This document shows, piece by piece, positions 20,890-30,870 of a DNA stretch of 64,000 bases. Both the position numbers and the translations under genes were made by a program. Source of the DNA: Armatimonadota bacterium (GTDB lineage Bacteria > Armatimonadota > UBA5829 > DTLH01); NCBI GenBank assembly GCA_038207085.1, contig JBBRAE010000012.1:1-64000 (forward strand). The letters run 5' to 3'. Position 1 is the first letter of the stretch. Every line of letters begins with the position of its first letter. The notes under the pieces are model-generated. The model worked only from the letters and a program-made list of their open reading frames with translations, made no database searches and had not been told where the DNA came from.

Positions 20890-22335
20890 TTACTCCGTAA
20901 CGATCGCCGGTTCATGCGACGGGGCGAACTCTGTTTCATCGTCTGAGAGCAGGTGTTTGCGAACTATGGGGCGCTTCCACAGCCCCGAAGCGTAGCAGCC
21001 GATAGCAAGGCACATACCAAGCGCGGAGCTGATCACGATTGCGTACCATATCCCCTCGACGCGCTTCATGTGGGTCGAGAAGAGATAAGCAAGCGGGATG
21101 CGCGCGCAGCAGATGCCGATGAACGATATCGCCGTGGTGATAAGCGTGTGCCCGGAGCCGTTGATAACACCCGTCGCGGCGAGCATCAGGGCGAAAAATA
21201 TGTAGCACGTGCCGACGGTCCTAAGGTATCCCGCGCCGACCGCAATCGCGGCGGGCTCGTCCAAGAACATTGCCATCAAAGCCACCGAAAAGGTCACCGC
21301 ACACACCGAAACGACGAGAGTTATTCCGCCGGAGAGCAGCGCCCCCCACTTGAAGATCTCACGGACCCGCTCGATGCGGCCCGCACCGATGTTTTGCCCG
21401 ACCATTGTCGCGATAGCGACGTTAAAGGTCATAGCGGGCAAAAAGGCGACCTGGTCGAGCCTGGATGTCGCGCCAAACGCCGCGGCGGCGTCCTGACCGT
21501 AGAAGTTTACGAACCGGACGACAAATACTCCCGCAAGAGAGACCAGCGACTGCTGCACCGAAGACGGGAAGCCGATCTTCATAATCAGCCAAAGCATAGG
21601 ACGGTTGACCGAAAAGCTTCGCCAGCCCAAGGTCATGATGTGGCGCTTGCCGCGCAGGTAGATGAGCATCGCGATGAGCCCGGCGCCCTGGGTCACGGCG
21701 GTCGCGACCGCTGTGCCGTTTAGCCCCATCTTCGGGAAACCGAGCCAGCCGAACATCAGCACAGGGTCGAGCACAGCGGTGCCAAGAAGTGAGCCGACCT
21801 GAAAATAGAGCGGAGTCTTGGAGTCGCCCATCCCACGGAGAATCGAGGCCGAGAGAAACATCGCGAACATGAAAGGCGCGCACAGCAGGATCATCCGCAG
21901 GTAGCTCACCGCAAGTGGGTAAACGTTCGGGGGACACTCCAGAGCCTTCATCATCCAGGGGCTATACACTTCCCCGGCGGCTACGAGCACGATACAGAGC
22001 GTGAATATGAGCAGAGCCGAACTTTGGATGACCTCTCGCACCTTGCCCCAGTTGCCAGCCCCGGCAAACTGTGAAACGAGAATACCCGTCCCCATCGTAA
22101 GTCCGATCGCAAGCGCCATCAGCAGAAATATGATGAACATCGTCTCTGTCACAGCCGCAAGCGACGTTTCGCCAAGCCCCTTGCCGACCCAAATCGCGTT
22201 TACGATCTGGTAAGCGGTGTGGATAGCGTTGCCCATCAGCATGGGAATGGAGAAGAGAACGATGTGGCGGGGGATGCTCCCCGTGGTCATATCGCGACCG
22301 TATCTGCCTGCACGCTCGCGTGATTGCTGGGTCAT
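20890..22335 (-). CDS. MATE family efflux transporter
   Basis: DMTTGSI start, RGMGDSKTPL, GQNIGA motifs, ~12 TM segments. Confidence 0.93.
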   Translation of the reverse strand: MTQQSRERAGRYGRDMTTGSIPRHIVLFSIPMLMGNAIHTAYQIVNAIWVGKGLGETSLAAVTETMFIIFLLMALAIGLTMGTGILVSQFAGAGNWGKVREVIQSSALLIFTLCIVLVAAGEVYSPWMMKALECPPNVYPLAVSYLRMILLCAPFMFAMFLSASILRGMGDSKTPLYFQVGSLLGTAVLDPVLMFGWLGFPKMGLNGTAVATAVTQGAGLIAMLIYLRGKRHIMTLGWRSFSVNRPMLWLIMKIGFPSSVQQSLVSLAGVFVVRFVNFYGQDAAAAFGATSRLDQVAFLPAMTFNVAIATMVGQNIGAGRIERVREIFKWGALLSGGITLVVSVCAVTFSVALMAMFLDEPAAIAVGAGYLRTVGTCYIFFALMLAATGVINGSGHTLITTAISFIGICCARIPLAYLFSTHMKRVEGIWYAIVISSALGMCLAIGCYASGLWKRPIVRKHLLSDDETEFAPSHEPAIVTE

Positions 22336-22446
22336 TGACGCTCCTTGATCTGGCTGTTCTGTCCCGTCTATTATCCCCGATTTGGGCCTGTATGTCGATG
22401 GGCTGCTGAGTGGAGCGCTAGCGGGGATTGGCGACTCCCTGGGACT

Positions 22447-23649
22447 TTACCAGTCGCTGTCCCCGAGGCCGAAGACATCGTCCCCTATGTCGCCAATGAG
22501 CACACGCCCGCCGGTCATCTTGGCGCTGACGATCGCTATGTCATCGCGAGCGCCGTCTATGGTGATGCTTTGGATGTGCTCACAGATGCGGTCAACCATG
22601 TCCTGGGCGTCGAGGTGGGCGTAGGATCTCGCGATGTCGGCGAATCGCTCTTCGCCGATTCTCTCGCCTGAGGTCATCTTGGACTCCGTTGCGCCGTCGG
22701 TGTAGAGCACGAGCACGTCGCCGTCGCGCATAACGGCGGTGGATGTCAGGTCTTGCGAGAACGAGTCTGAAACCGCGAGAATCGGCGCGGTCGGGCCTAG
22801 CAGGTCTATCACGTCGGAGCTGCGCCGGTAAATGAGACCTTCGAGGTGTCCGGCGTTGGCGTAATGCACCCTGCCGCTCCCAGGCTCGATCTCAGCATAG
22901 AAAAGCGTCACAAAGCGCTCGTCAGGAAGCCCCCGGCATAGCGCAGGGTTGAGATAACTGACCACTTCCCCACCCCGCAGGCCTCTGCGGTGAGCGTCCT
23001 TCAACAGATACTTGAGAAGCGCGGTGAAAAGCGCGGCGGGAGTACCTTTGCCGGAGATGTCACCGACGCAGACATAGACTCGGCCGTCTATCAATCCTAC
23101 GTCGACGAAGTCACCGCCTACTCGAAAGGCATTCTGGAGCCGCGCGCCGACCTCACAGCCCGGAACCGATGGCAATTCAAACGCAAGCAGCGCCTCCTGG
23201 AGCATGCCACCGGCGGAGGCGTCTTCATCGAGGCGATCATAGGTGTGCCTGAGCTCGACGTTGACCCTCTCAAGCTCCTCGGCGGATCGTCGCGCCGCCC
23301 GGTTGCTCTGGGCGAGGCGGACTGTGACTTCGGCCACAAACAGGTAGACGAAGAACCGCACGATAACCGAACTCACCGCCTGCAGTGGGTCCTGGTCACC
23401 GAGACGGATCAGCGAGATGTGGTCCAGGCACGTGGGAATCTCGGCAAACACCGCAGTCGACAGCGCTCCGCCCCTGCCAATCGCCCACGCGGCGAACGTT
23501 ATCGGCAGAAAATACACGATCGAAAAGTCGATCGTCGGCCCGGTCACGTAGTCGAGGAATGTCACGATGGCCAGAAGCGCGAGCGTGAGCAATACAGGCC
23601 TGATCTGACTCTTCATTTGAGAGTTTTGAAGCGGGTCGAGGTATTTCAT
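22447..23649 (-). CDS. Membrane-bound PP2C (SpoIIE/RsbU-like) phosphatase
   Basis: N-terminal TMs; VGGDF, GDISGKG, NAGH, LYTDG, DDIA motifs. Confidence 0.92.
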   Translation of the reverse strand: MKYLDPLQNSQMKSQIRPVLLTLALLAIVTFLDYVTGPTIDFSIVYFLPITFAAWAIGRGGALSTAVFAEIPTCLDHISLIRLGDQDPLQAVSSVIVRFFVYLFVAEVTVRLAQSNRAARRSAEELERVNVELRHTYDRLDEDASAGGMLQEALLAFELPSVPGCEVGARLQNAFRVGGDFVDVGLIDGRVYVCVGDISGKGTPAALFTALLKYLLKDAHRRGLRGGEVVSYLNPALCRGLPDERFVTLFYAEIEPGSGRVHYANAGHLEGLIYRRSSDVIDLLGPTAPILAVSDSFSQDLTSTAVMRDGDVLVLYTDGATESKMTSGERIGEERFADIARSYAHLDAQDMVDRICEHIQSITIDGARDDIAIVSAKMTGGRVLIGDIGDDVFGLGDSDW

Positions 23650-23700
23650 ATCACTTAGAATACGACCGTATTGCAGAGAGGGGTTCCACCAACTGCGAGA

Positions 23701-23743
23701 AATAAACAGCCGGCTTCCGGCCAGTGATACAGCCGGAAGCCGG
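23701..23743 (-). terminator. Probable intrinsic terminator
   Basis: CCGGCTTCCGGC/GCCGGAAGCCGG 12-bp stem followed by U-rich tract on the minus strand. Confidence 0.7.
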
Positions 23744-23757
23744 TGATATAAGGGATG

Positions 23758-24444
23758 TTAGAATCGGAGCGCGTAACTTGCTCCAAATCCGATGCTATCG
23801 AAGTCGACCCAGCTCACGTCAAGCCGCAGATCTTTGGTAGCAGCATAACGCAGGCCGAAGTTTACCATGTTATCTTCGTCAAGCGCTGATCCACCACTCA
23901 AGTACTCGGCCATCACGCTGAGCTTGGGATTGTATGTCCAGTCCAGCCCTGCAAAGAGCCCATCATAGAACCCGCTGCCAAACCCGAGTGTGCCTACAAG
24001 CGGCTTGGATTCGCCTGCTACTTCCGTTGCAGTCCGGGTCAGGTTCTTGCTTACCAAGATATAGAGCGTCGGATCGTCATCAAGTGCGTTTCCAAGAAGA
24101 TCGATCACACCGACCGCCACCGCGGGCTTGGTGGCTGTCTCATCGACGAAGCGCCACTTGCCGTTGATCGCAACCTCGTTGTCATTTTCAGTATCAACGC
24201 CTGAGATGCCGACTTCAACGTTGGGAAGCAGACCAAAGTGGCCGTGCCAAACGTTGAGATCAGAGTCTCCCCCACCAACGTTTAGATCCTGAATTGAGTG
24301 ATACCCTACACTAAGACTGCCCTGGGGCACGGTCAGTGCATCGGGAGTCAGAATGTTGCCTGACGGTCCGAGATAACTTGGAGCCGCCATACCTGGAACC
24401 GCCAAAACGGCGACGAGTAAGCAATACGTACCTAATTTCTTCAT
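23758..24444 (-). CDS. Putative outer-membrane beta-barrel protein (YjbH-like)
   Basis: AGGAGG RBS, signal peptide MKKLG..., GPSGNILTPDA motif, C-terminal YALRF. Confidence 0.7.
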   Translation of the reverse strand: MKKLGTYCLLVAVLAVPGMAAPSYLGPSGNILTPDALTVPQGSLSVGYHSIQDLNVGGGDSDLNVWHGHFGLLPNVEVGISGVDTENDNEVAINGKWRFVDETATKPAVAVGVIDLLGNALDDDPTLYILVSKNLTRTATEVAGESKPLVGTLGFGSGFYDGLFAGLDWTYNPKLSVMAEYLSGGSALDEDNMVNFGLRYAATKDLRLDVSWVDFDSIGFGASYALRF

Positions 24445-24995
24445 CTCATTTTCCTCCTGAAGGAATTTTGCCGTCACCTGCACGGCGCTGTTAAGTCGCT
24501 ACCTGACTACAGTTTTCCCCAAATGACATAAATTAACAGCCTAACGGGGCAAAAAATAGTCACTTGCGCAGATTATTTTCACAGTCCGAGAATGACCAAG
24601 ATTGTAAGCTCGGTGGCGCATAGCGCCAGCCCTTTCGCAGCCTTTGGCTGCTGTCACAGTGGCGCATGCGCCACCGGGGTCGACAGCGGCGCTAGCGCCG
24701 CGATAGACCTTTAAGAGACGGCGCAGATAGCGCCGTCGATTCTGTATTGTGCCCTCCGGAAACACGTCACGGGCTCTCGTGTTCGCTTCTCGACCTCACT
24801 TGTCCAGATTGAATTGAACTGTATCCACACTATACCCAACTAGCTTTGCATTGAAATATAAGGTTATATGCTTCGCGCGCTTTATGATGGGGTATTAACA
24901 TGTTATAATGGAGCACGTCAGGAGCTGCGGCAAGAATATGCTTGGCGCGGCGTTTTTGTGCGTACATATCCCGCCCAGACCAGGAGTTTTGATCT

Positions 24996-25694
24996 ATGAA
25001 TCTCGAACAGGAGCAGCGTGACCACGGGTCAGGCGTCCTTATTGTTGTCGAAGGTATCGACGGATCGGGCAAGAGCACGCAGATCCACCTGCTGCACCGG
25101 TGGCTCGTAAGTGAGGGTTACAGGGTGTTTTTCAGCGAATGGAACTCGTCTGAGCTCGTCAAAGGCACGACCAAACTCGGCAAGAAACGTAAGGCGCTTA
25201 CACCGACCACCTTCAGCCTGATACATAGCACCGACTTCGCCGACCGCACCGAGCATCAGATCATTCCGGCGCTCAAGGCCGGCGCGATCGTGCTCGCCGA
25301 CCGGTATGTGTACACCGCGTTTGCCCGCGATGTCGCACGAGGGGTCTCCCCCAAGTGGGTGCGCAACCTTTATGAGTTCAGCGTCAAACCCGACCTTGCG
25401 TTCTATTTCAGGGTGCCACTTGAAGTATCGCTCGACCGAATTCTCACAGGCCGCGCCATGCTCAAATATTACGAAGCGGGGATGGACCTCGGACTTTCCC
25501 GAGACATCAACGAGAGCTTCAAGATCTTCCAGGAACGGATCATGAACCAGTATGACTCGATGGTCGACGAGTTTGGCCTGACGGTGATCGACGGCACGCG
25601 CTCGATTGAAGAGCAGCAGGCCCAGATGCGCCGGATAGTGGCGGGTCATCTGAAAAACCATGATGACATATACGGCCCGGGAAGGAAGGAATAA
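24996..25694 (+). CDS. Thymidylate kinase-like P-loop protein 1
   Basis: VEGIDGSGKST Walker A; ADRYVYT motif. Confidence 0.9.
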   Translation: MNLEQEQRDHGSGVLIVVEGIDGSGKSTQIHLLHRWLVSEGYRVFFSEWNSSELVKGTTKLGKKRKALTPTTFSLIHSTDFADRTEHQIIPALKAGAIVLADRYVYTAFARDVARGVSPKWVRNLYEFSVKPDLAFYFRVPLEVSLDRILTGRAMLKYYEAGMDLGLSRDINESFKIFQERIMNQYDSMVDEFGLTVIDGTRSIEEQQAQMRRIVAGHLKNHDDIYGPGRKE

Positions 25695-25695
25695 G

Positions 25696-26406
25696 ATGGC
25701 GCGTTTCAAGTTTTATGGCGAAGGCATTCCAGACGTCGACCTTGAGTCGCTTTCGGGGCGACTTATTGTGCTTGAGGGGCCGGACTCGGTGGGGAGATCC
25801 ACCCAGCTTGCACTTGTGCGCGACTGGCTTGAAAGCCGGGGGCACGCGGTCTCATACACCGGGCTCAGCCGCTCGGAGCTCACCCAGCAGGGGCTCGACC
25901 AGGCAAAAAGCGGGCATACGCTCGGCAGGAAGACCATGAGCCTGTTCTACGCGACCGACTTTGCTGACAGGCTCGAAAACCAGATAATTCCCGCGCTTCG
26001 GGCAGGGTATTACGTGCTTTCGGACAGGTATTTCTACTCCGTCTGCGCGCGCGACATCGTTCGAGGCGCAGACCGGGAGTGGCTCGAAGGGGTCTACGGA
26101 ATCGCGCTTGTGCCGGATTTGACGCTTTACCTGAGAGCCGAAGCCGAAGACATAGTCCCGCGCGCGCTTTATGGCAAGGGGTTCAACTACTGGGAAGCCG
26201 GGATGGACCTTGCGCTTGGAGATAACCTGTACGACAGCTTCCTTGCGTATCAGGCGAGGGTGATCGAACAGCTCGACCGGATGGCCGAGGGCTATAACTT
26301 CGTCACCATCGACGCCTCACGCGAGCCGCAGGAGATTTTTACGGACCTGCAAAACACCATCACGCCGATCCTGCCAAAGGAACTCGGCGCAGAGTTGGAG
26401 GTATAA
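25696..26406 (+). CDS. Thymidylate kinase-like P-loop protein 2 (Walker A Lys to Arg)
   Basis: LEGPDSVGRST; SDRYFYS; clear paralog of the upstream gene. Confidence 0.9.
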   Translation: MARFKFYGEGIPDVDLESLSGRLIVLEGPDSVGRSTQLALVRDWLESRGHAVSYTGLSRSELTQQGLDQAKSGHTLGRKTMSLFYATDFADRLENQIIPALRAGYYVLSDRYFYSVCARDIVRGADREWLEGVYGIALVPDLTLYLRAEAEDIVPRALYGKGFNYWEAGMDLALGDNLYDSFLAYQARVIEQLDRMAEGYNFVTIDASREPQEIFTDLQNTITPILPKELGAELEV

Positions 26407-26409
26407 CAA

Positions 26410-27723
26410 TTGACTGATTCGCCGATTGAGATAACAGGAACGACACCGCTTGGCGTCGCTGCACAGACGACCATCTCTGGGCTCACAAAGCAGATGATGG
26501 CGAACCTGCCCGGCACGCGTAGTGGCGCCGACATAGAGGCGCTTCATGACATGCGAGTCGCATCAAGGCGGCTTCGGGCGGCGCTTCGGGGGTTTTGCGA
26601 GGCTTTTGCGCCGGAGGCGCTTAAGCCGGTGGCAGATGAGGTCGGCTCCGTAACGCGGGCGCTTGGAGAGGCGCGCGATCAGGACGTCTTTATTGAGTTT
26701 TTACAGGGCTACGCCCAGGCCAACCCAGACCAGATTATCGTCTGGCTGGTTGAGCGCGAGGAACGCATCCGCGACGGGGCGAGGCTGCGCCTGCTCGATG
26801 AGCTTGAGAGGCTCGAAGAGTCCGACATGCCGGGGATTATCTCTTCGCTTCTGTCGGGGGCGCAGTTGGTAAGCGAAGACGGCTACGCGAGCTCGTTTGC
26901 GGCCCACGCCGAGCCGCTTATCCGCCTCAGGATGTCAAAGCTAAAGTCGCTCGGCAAAGCGATACATGACCCCAAAAACGTCGCGGAGCTTCACCTGATG
27001 CGCATCGCCGCAAAGCGGCTTCGCTACAGTATGGAGCTTTTCGTCCCGGCGTTCGGCAAAGATATGAGCGACAAGATCTCCGATGTTAAGCTCCTGCAGG
27101 AGCAGCTTGGGACCGTCCACGACTGCGATGTCTGGGTCGACAAACTAAATGGCTACCGCGAAGAGCCGGGCCTTGCTCCCGAGCGCCTCGCGGCGGTAGA
27201 CGCGGTCATTGACGAGCGCACGAAGAAGCGACAGGAGACCTACGCCGAAGCGCTCGCGCACTGGTGCGGACTTGAGAAGTCGGGGTTTGATAAAGGTCTC
27301 GTGAAGCTTGTATCTACCAAGCCAGCCAAGGTAAAGAAAGCTAATCAGGCGAAAGAAACGCCTGAAAGACCGGCAGTCGAAGCGCCAAAGCAGCGCGTGC
27401 CGAAAAAGAAGGAGACAATTATTATGCCCAAGCCTCCTACCGAAGTTGAACTTGCGCGCACGGCGGTCGAACAGGCTGCGTCAACGCTTCTGGTGGCGAC
27501 ATCTGGGTTTTCCAAGCTCGCAAAGCAGGTGGAACTGCTCGACGTGACACTTGTGGGGCTCCCCGAAGGCGATGCAAAGGTCGACAAGCGGCTGGCGAAG
27601 CTTCGGCAAGTGCTCGAAAGCCTGCCGCAGGATGGCGCAATCTCGGACAAAAAGGCTGAAAAGCTTGCAGAAGAGGTTCGTGCTATCCGAAAGAAGCTCG
27701 ACGCGGACGGGAGCCAGTCCTGA
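26410..27723 (+). CDS. CHAD domain protein with Lys-rich C-terminal extension
   Basis: LHDMRVASRRLRA, RDQDV, LHLMRIAAKRLRY, LGTVHDCDV motifs. Confidence 0.92.
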   Translation: MTDSPIEITGTTPLGVAAQTTISGLTKQMMANLPGTRSGADIEALHDMRVASRRLRAALRGFCEAFAPEALKPVADEVGSVTRALGEARDQDVFIEFLQGYAQANPDQIIVWLVEREERIRDGARLRLLDELERLEESDMPGIISSLLSGAQLVSEDGYASSFAAHAEPLIRLRMSKLKSLGKAIHDPKNVAELHLMRIAAKRLRYSMELFVPAFGKDMSDKISDVKLLQEQLGTVHDCDVWVDKLNGYREEPGLAPERLAAVDAVIDERTKKRQETYAEALAHWCGLEKSGFDKGLVKLVSTKPAKVKKANQAKETPERPAVEAPKQRVPKKKETIIMPKPPTEVELARTAVEQAASTLLVATSGFSKLAKQVELLDVTLVGLPEGDAKVDKRLAKLRQVLESLPQDGAISDKKAEKLAEEVRAIRKKLDADGSQS

Positions 27724-28655
27724 TGGTCAGGATAGCTGCGGGCATTGACGTGGGCACAAACTCGGTCAAGATCGCGGTCGGGAAGATCGAGCCCGATGGG
27801 GCGATCACCATTTTGCATGACTCAAGCGTAAACGTACGCCTTGGGGCGGGGTCGGATGCGACCAAGAGACTTCAGCCCGAGGGGCAGGAGCGGGCGATCG
27901 AGGCGCTCCGGGTACAGCTCGCCACCGCACGTGAGATGGACGTCGAAGCCGTGAGGCTCGTCGGCACAAGCGCGATCCGCGACGCCGAGAACCGTGATGA
28001 GTTTGTCGCCCGGGTCAAAAGTGAGCTTGGGGTCGAACTAGAACCGATCAGCGAGCAGGACGAGGCCCGATTGGCTTACCAGTCCGTCACTCTCGATCCA
28101 AAGCTCAGACACTACGACGGAGATCAGCTCGTGGTCGATATCGGCGGGGGTTCGACTGAGATGATATTCGGCAGGGGCGGCAAGACTACGCTTCGCGAGA
28201 GCCTGAAGATCGGCGCGGTGCGGCTGACGGAGCGGTTTCTCAAGCCCGAAAAAGGCCCTATCTCTCAGCTCGACGAGGCCGCCGCGTTTGCCGAGGAGAT
28301 GATTGCTGAACTTTGCATTGGGATGAGCGTCGGCCGCGTCGTTGGGGTTGGAGGAAGCGTCGTCAACCTCGCACGGATGATGATGGAAGTGTCCGTCGAT
28401 CACACAGAAGAGGTCCACACCGTCCCGATGAGCTACCGCGACATCCGCCAGTTGATGCACATGCTCTGCGCGCTTTCCCCCGAAGAGCGAAAGAAGCTCA
28501 TCGGCCTTGAACCGGAGCGCGCGGATATCATCCTCGGCGGCACTGTGATTCTCGAGCGCCTGCTTGCGTTGCTTGGAGCTGAGAGTATCGTCGTCTCGAC
28601 GCGCGGGCTCAGGCACGCGGTGCTTTACGAATTGTTGGGTAGCCATGCCGGTTAA
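27723..28655 (+). CDS. Ppx/GppA phosphatase, catalytic domains only
   Basis: IDVGTNS, TSAIRDA, EARL, DIGGGSTE, RADII, GLR motifs. Confidence 0.92.
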   Translation: MVRIAAGIDVGTNSVKIAVGKIEPDGAITILHDSSVNVRLGAGSDATKRLQPEGQERAIEALRVQLATAREMDVEAVRLVGTSAIRDAENRDEFVARVKSELGVELEPISEQDEARLAYQSVTLDPKLRHYDGDQLVVDIGGGSTEMIFGRGGKTTLRESLKIGAVRLTERFLKPEKGPISQLDEAAAFAEEMIAELCIGMSVGRVVGVGGSVVNLARMMMEVSVDHTEEVHTVPMSYRDIRQLMHMLCALSPEERKKLIGLEPERADIILGGTVILERLLALLGAESIVVSTRGLRHAVLYELLGSHAG

Positions 28656-29232
28656 ACGAGCATCTATTGAGGCATTCGCCGCAGGTTTTGACCACGACTT
28701 CGACCACGCAAAGCAGGTCGCGAAGATTTCGGGGGAGATGTTCGACGCCTGCCGTGAGCTGCATCGCCTGGGGAAACGCGAGCGCGAGCTATTGGTCTCC
28801 GCGGCGCTTCTGCACGACATCGGCTGGGTTGGCGGGCAGAAGAAACACCACAAACGCTCACTTGAGCTTATACTTGAACACGGGATCGACGGGGCATCGA
28901 ACCGGGACCTTGGGATCATCGCAAACGTCGCCCGCTACCACAGAAAGACGCTTCCCAAGCTCTCGCACGCCGATTTCGTTCGGCTTTCCTCCACCGATCG
29001 CAAGCTCGTGCAAAAGCTCGCAGCCCTGATCCGGGTCGCCGACGGACTCGACCGCACCCACCAGAACCTGGTCTCAGTTTCGACCTGTTCGGTATCGGGA
29101 AACACTGCTATAATCGGTGTTGAAACGAGCGCCGACGCAAGCCCTGAGTTTGAGACGGCACGAGAGAAGTCGGACCTGTTTTGGGAAGTCTTTGGGCTTA
29201 AAGTCGAGTTTCTCTCAAGCAATGGCGGTTGA
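28645..29232 (+). CDS. HD-domain protein (Ppx C-terminal-like)
   Basis: HAKQV, ALLHDIG, HHKRS, VARYHRK, LIRVADGLDRTH; overlaps the upstream stop. Confidence 0.88.
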   Translation: MPVKRASIEAFAAGFDHDFDHAKQVAKISGEMFDACRELHRLGKRERELLVSAALLHDIGWVGGQKKHHKRSLELILEHGIDGASNRDLGIIANVARYHRKTLPKLSHADFVRLSSTDRKLVQKLAALIRVADGLDRTHQNLVSVSTCSVSGNTAIIGVETSADASPEFETAREKSDLFWEVFGLKVEFLSSNGG

Positions 29233-29239
29233 CGGGACA

Positions 29240-29265
29240 GGGCGAACACATTGGTCCGCCCCTAC
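29240..29265 (-). repeat. GTAG-type REP, copy 2
   Basis: Reverse complement of 11479-11504 with 1 mismatch. Confidence 0.8.
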
Positions 29266-29316
29266 GTTTGGGATGGGCACAACGTCAGTTGAAACTCAGT
29301 AGATCGGCAGGATGCT

Positions 29317-30870
29317 ATGAGAACCATCGGGGCAATGGATATCGGCACAAACTCTATTCGGATGCTCGTAGTTCGGATCGAGGAGGGCCACGATTGCAGC
29401 GTGCTCTCGACCTACAAGGAGGTCGTTCGGCTCGGTGAGGGCGAGTTTACCCACAACAAGCTCACCCGTCCCGCTATGGAGCGGGGGCTTCTGGTCGTGC
29501 GCAAGTTCGCCGACATCGCCCGACGCTGGGGGGCCGAGAAGATCATCGCCGTCGCCACTTCAGCCGTCCGGGAGGCCCAGAACCGAGGCGAGTTCGAGGA
29601 GCGTGCGCTCTCCGAGTGCGGAGTGGACGTTCGGGTCGTCTCAGGAGTTGAAGAGGCGCGGCTTATCTACCTCGGAGTGGTTTCGGGGGTCGACATCGGA
29701 AGCTCGCGGGGGATGTTCATCGACATCGGCGGCGGCACGACCGAGCTGATCATCGGCGACCACCGCGACTACCAGTTCCTCGACAGCCTGAAGCTCGGCG
29801 CGATCCGCCTCGCAAACATCTTCCTCGCGGGAGAAACCGGGCCCGTGAGCAAGAGGAAATACCGCCAGATGCTCGACTACTCCAGGGGGGTCTCGAACCT
29901 CGCCGTGCGCAAAGTCAACGAGATCGGCTTTGACCAGGCCTACGGCAGCTCCGGCACGATTATGAACCTCGCCGAAATCACCGCCAAACGCAAAGGCGCA
30001 AGCGTTTCGAGCATGCGCAACTTCAACTTGAAGTATGATGACCTCGCGGAGACGATTCAGATACTCTGTGGGCTTTCGGTTGAGGAGCGGAGGAACGTTC
30101 CAGGGATCAACCCCGAGCGCGCCGATATCATCATCAGCGGCGCGGCTGTGCTCGACTCGATCCTGACGAGCGTCGGCGCACCGAGCATCACCGTGAGCGG
30201 CCGCGCGCTTCGCGAGGGGATCGTGGTCGATTACCTATTTGAAGAAGAACACGTCCGCGAGGAGTTCTTGCAGATATCGGCGCGCGAGCGGAGCATCATG
30301 CAGCTTGCCCGCACTTGCCACTTCGAGGAGGGCCACGCCGTCCGGGTGCGCGACCTCGCCGTCTCGCTCTTCAGGCAGCTAAGAGATATGGGCCTGCACG
30401 CCTACGGTGACGTCGAAGAGGACCTGCTCAGGCACGCCTGCATAACCCACGACATCGGCTCGTTCGTATCGCACACCAACCACAACAAGCACAGCTACTA
30501 TCTTCTGAGAAACTGGGATTTGCTCGGTTTCGACGACGAAGAGATCGAGATCATCGCGACGACTGCGCTATGCCACAGAAAGCTGACCCCCAAACAGGTG
30601 CGCGGCAAGAAGCTCGACGCCTCGGCGCTCAGGCTGGTTGAAGTGCTGACAAGCGTTCTGCAGGTCGCCGATTCGCTCGACATAAGCCAGCTCGACCTCG
30701 TAAACGATGTGGCCGTGCGAGACCACCGCGACGGCCGGATAATCCTCGAAATCTTCGCCAGGGGCGCATGCGAGCTTGAGATGTGGGCGCTTGAGCGCAA
30801 GAAACGGCTCTTTGAGCAGACGTTTGGCGTGAAGCTCGACGTAAGAGTTATTGTCGCTGGCGGCGGTTAG
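29317..30870 (+). CDS. ppx: Exopolyphosphatase Ppx/GppA, full length with HD domain
   Basis: MDIGTNS, ATSAVREA, EEARL, DIGGGTTE, HDIG, HNKHSYY motifs. Confidence 0.92.
   Translation: MRTIGAMDIGTNSIRMLVVRIEEGHDCSVLSTYKEVVRLGEGEFTHNKLTRPAMERGLLVVRKFADIARRWGAEKIIAVATSAVREAQNRGEFEERALSECGVDVRVVSGVEEARLIYLGVVSGVDIGSSRGMFIDIGGGTTELIIGDHRDYQFLDSLKLGAIRLANIFLAGETGPVSKRKYRQMLDYSRGVSNLAVRKVNEIGFDQAYGSSGTIMNLAEITAKRKGASVSSMRNFNLKYDDLAETIQILCGLSVEERRNVPGINPERADIIISGAAVLDSILTSVGAPSITVSGRALREGIVVDYLFEEEHVREEFLQISARERSIMQLARTCHFEEGHAVRVRDLAVSLFRQLRDMGLHAYGDVEEDLLRHACITHDIGSFVSHTNHNKHSYYLLRNWDLLGFDDEEIEIIATTALCHRKLTPKQVRGKKLDASALRLVEVLTSVLQVADSLDISQLDLVNDVAVRDHRDGRIILEIFARGACELEMWALERKKRLFEQTFGVKLDVRVIVAGGG

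Noticed and set aside
24600..24760. c-di-GMP-I or c-di-AMP riboswitch
   Set aside because: Only fragmentary resemblance; conserved core motifs not found in the right order
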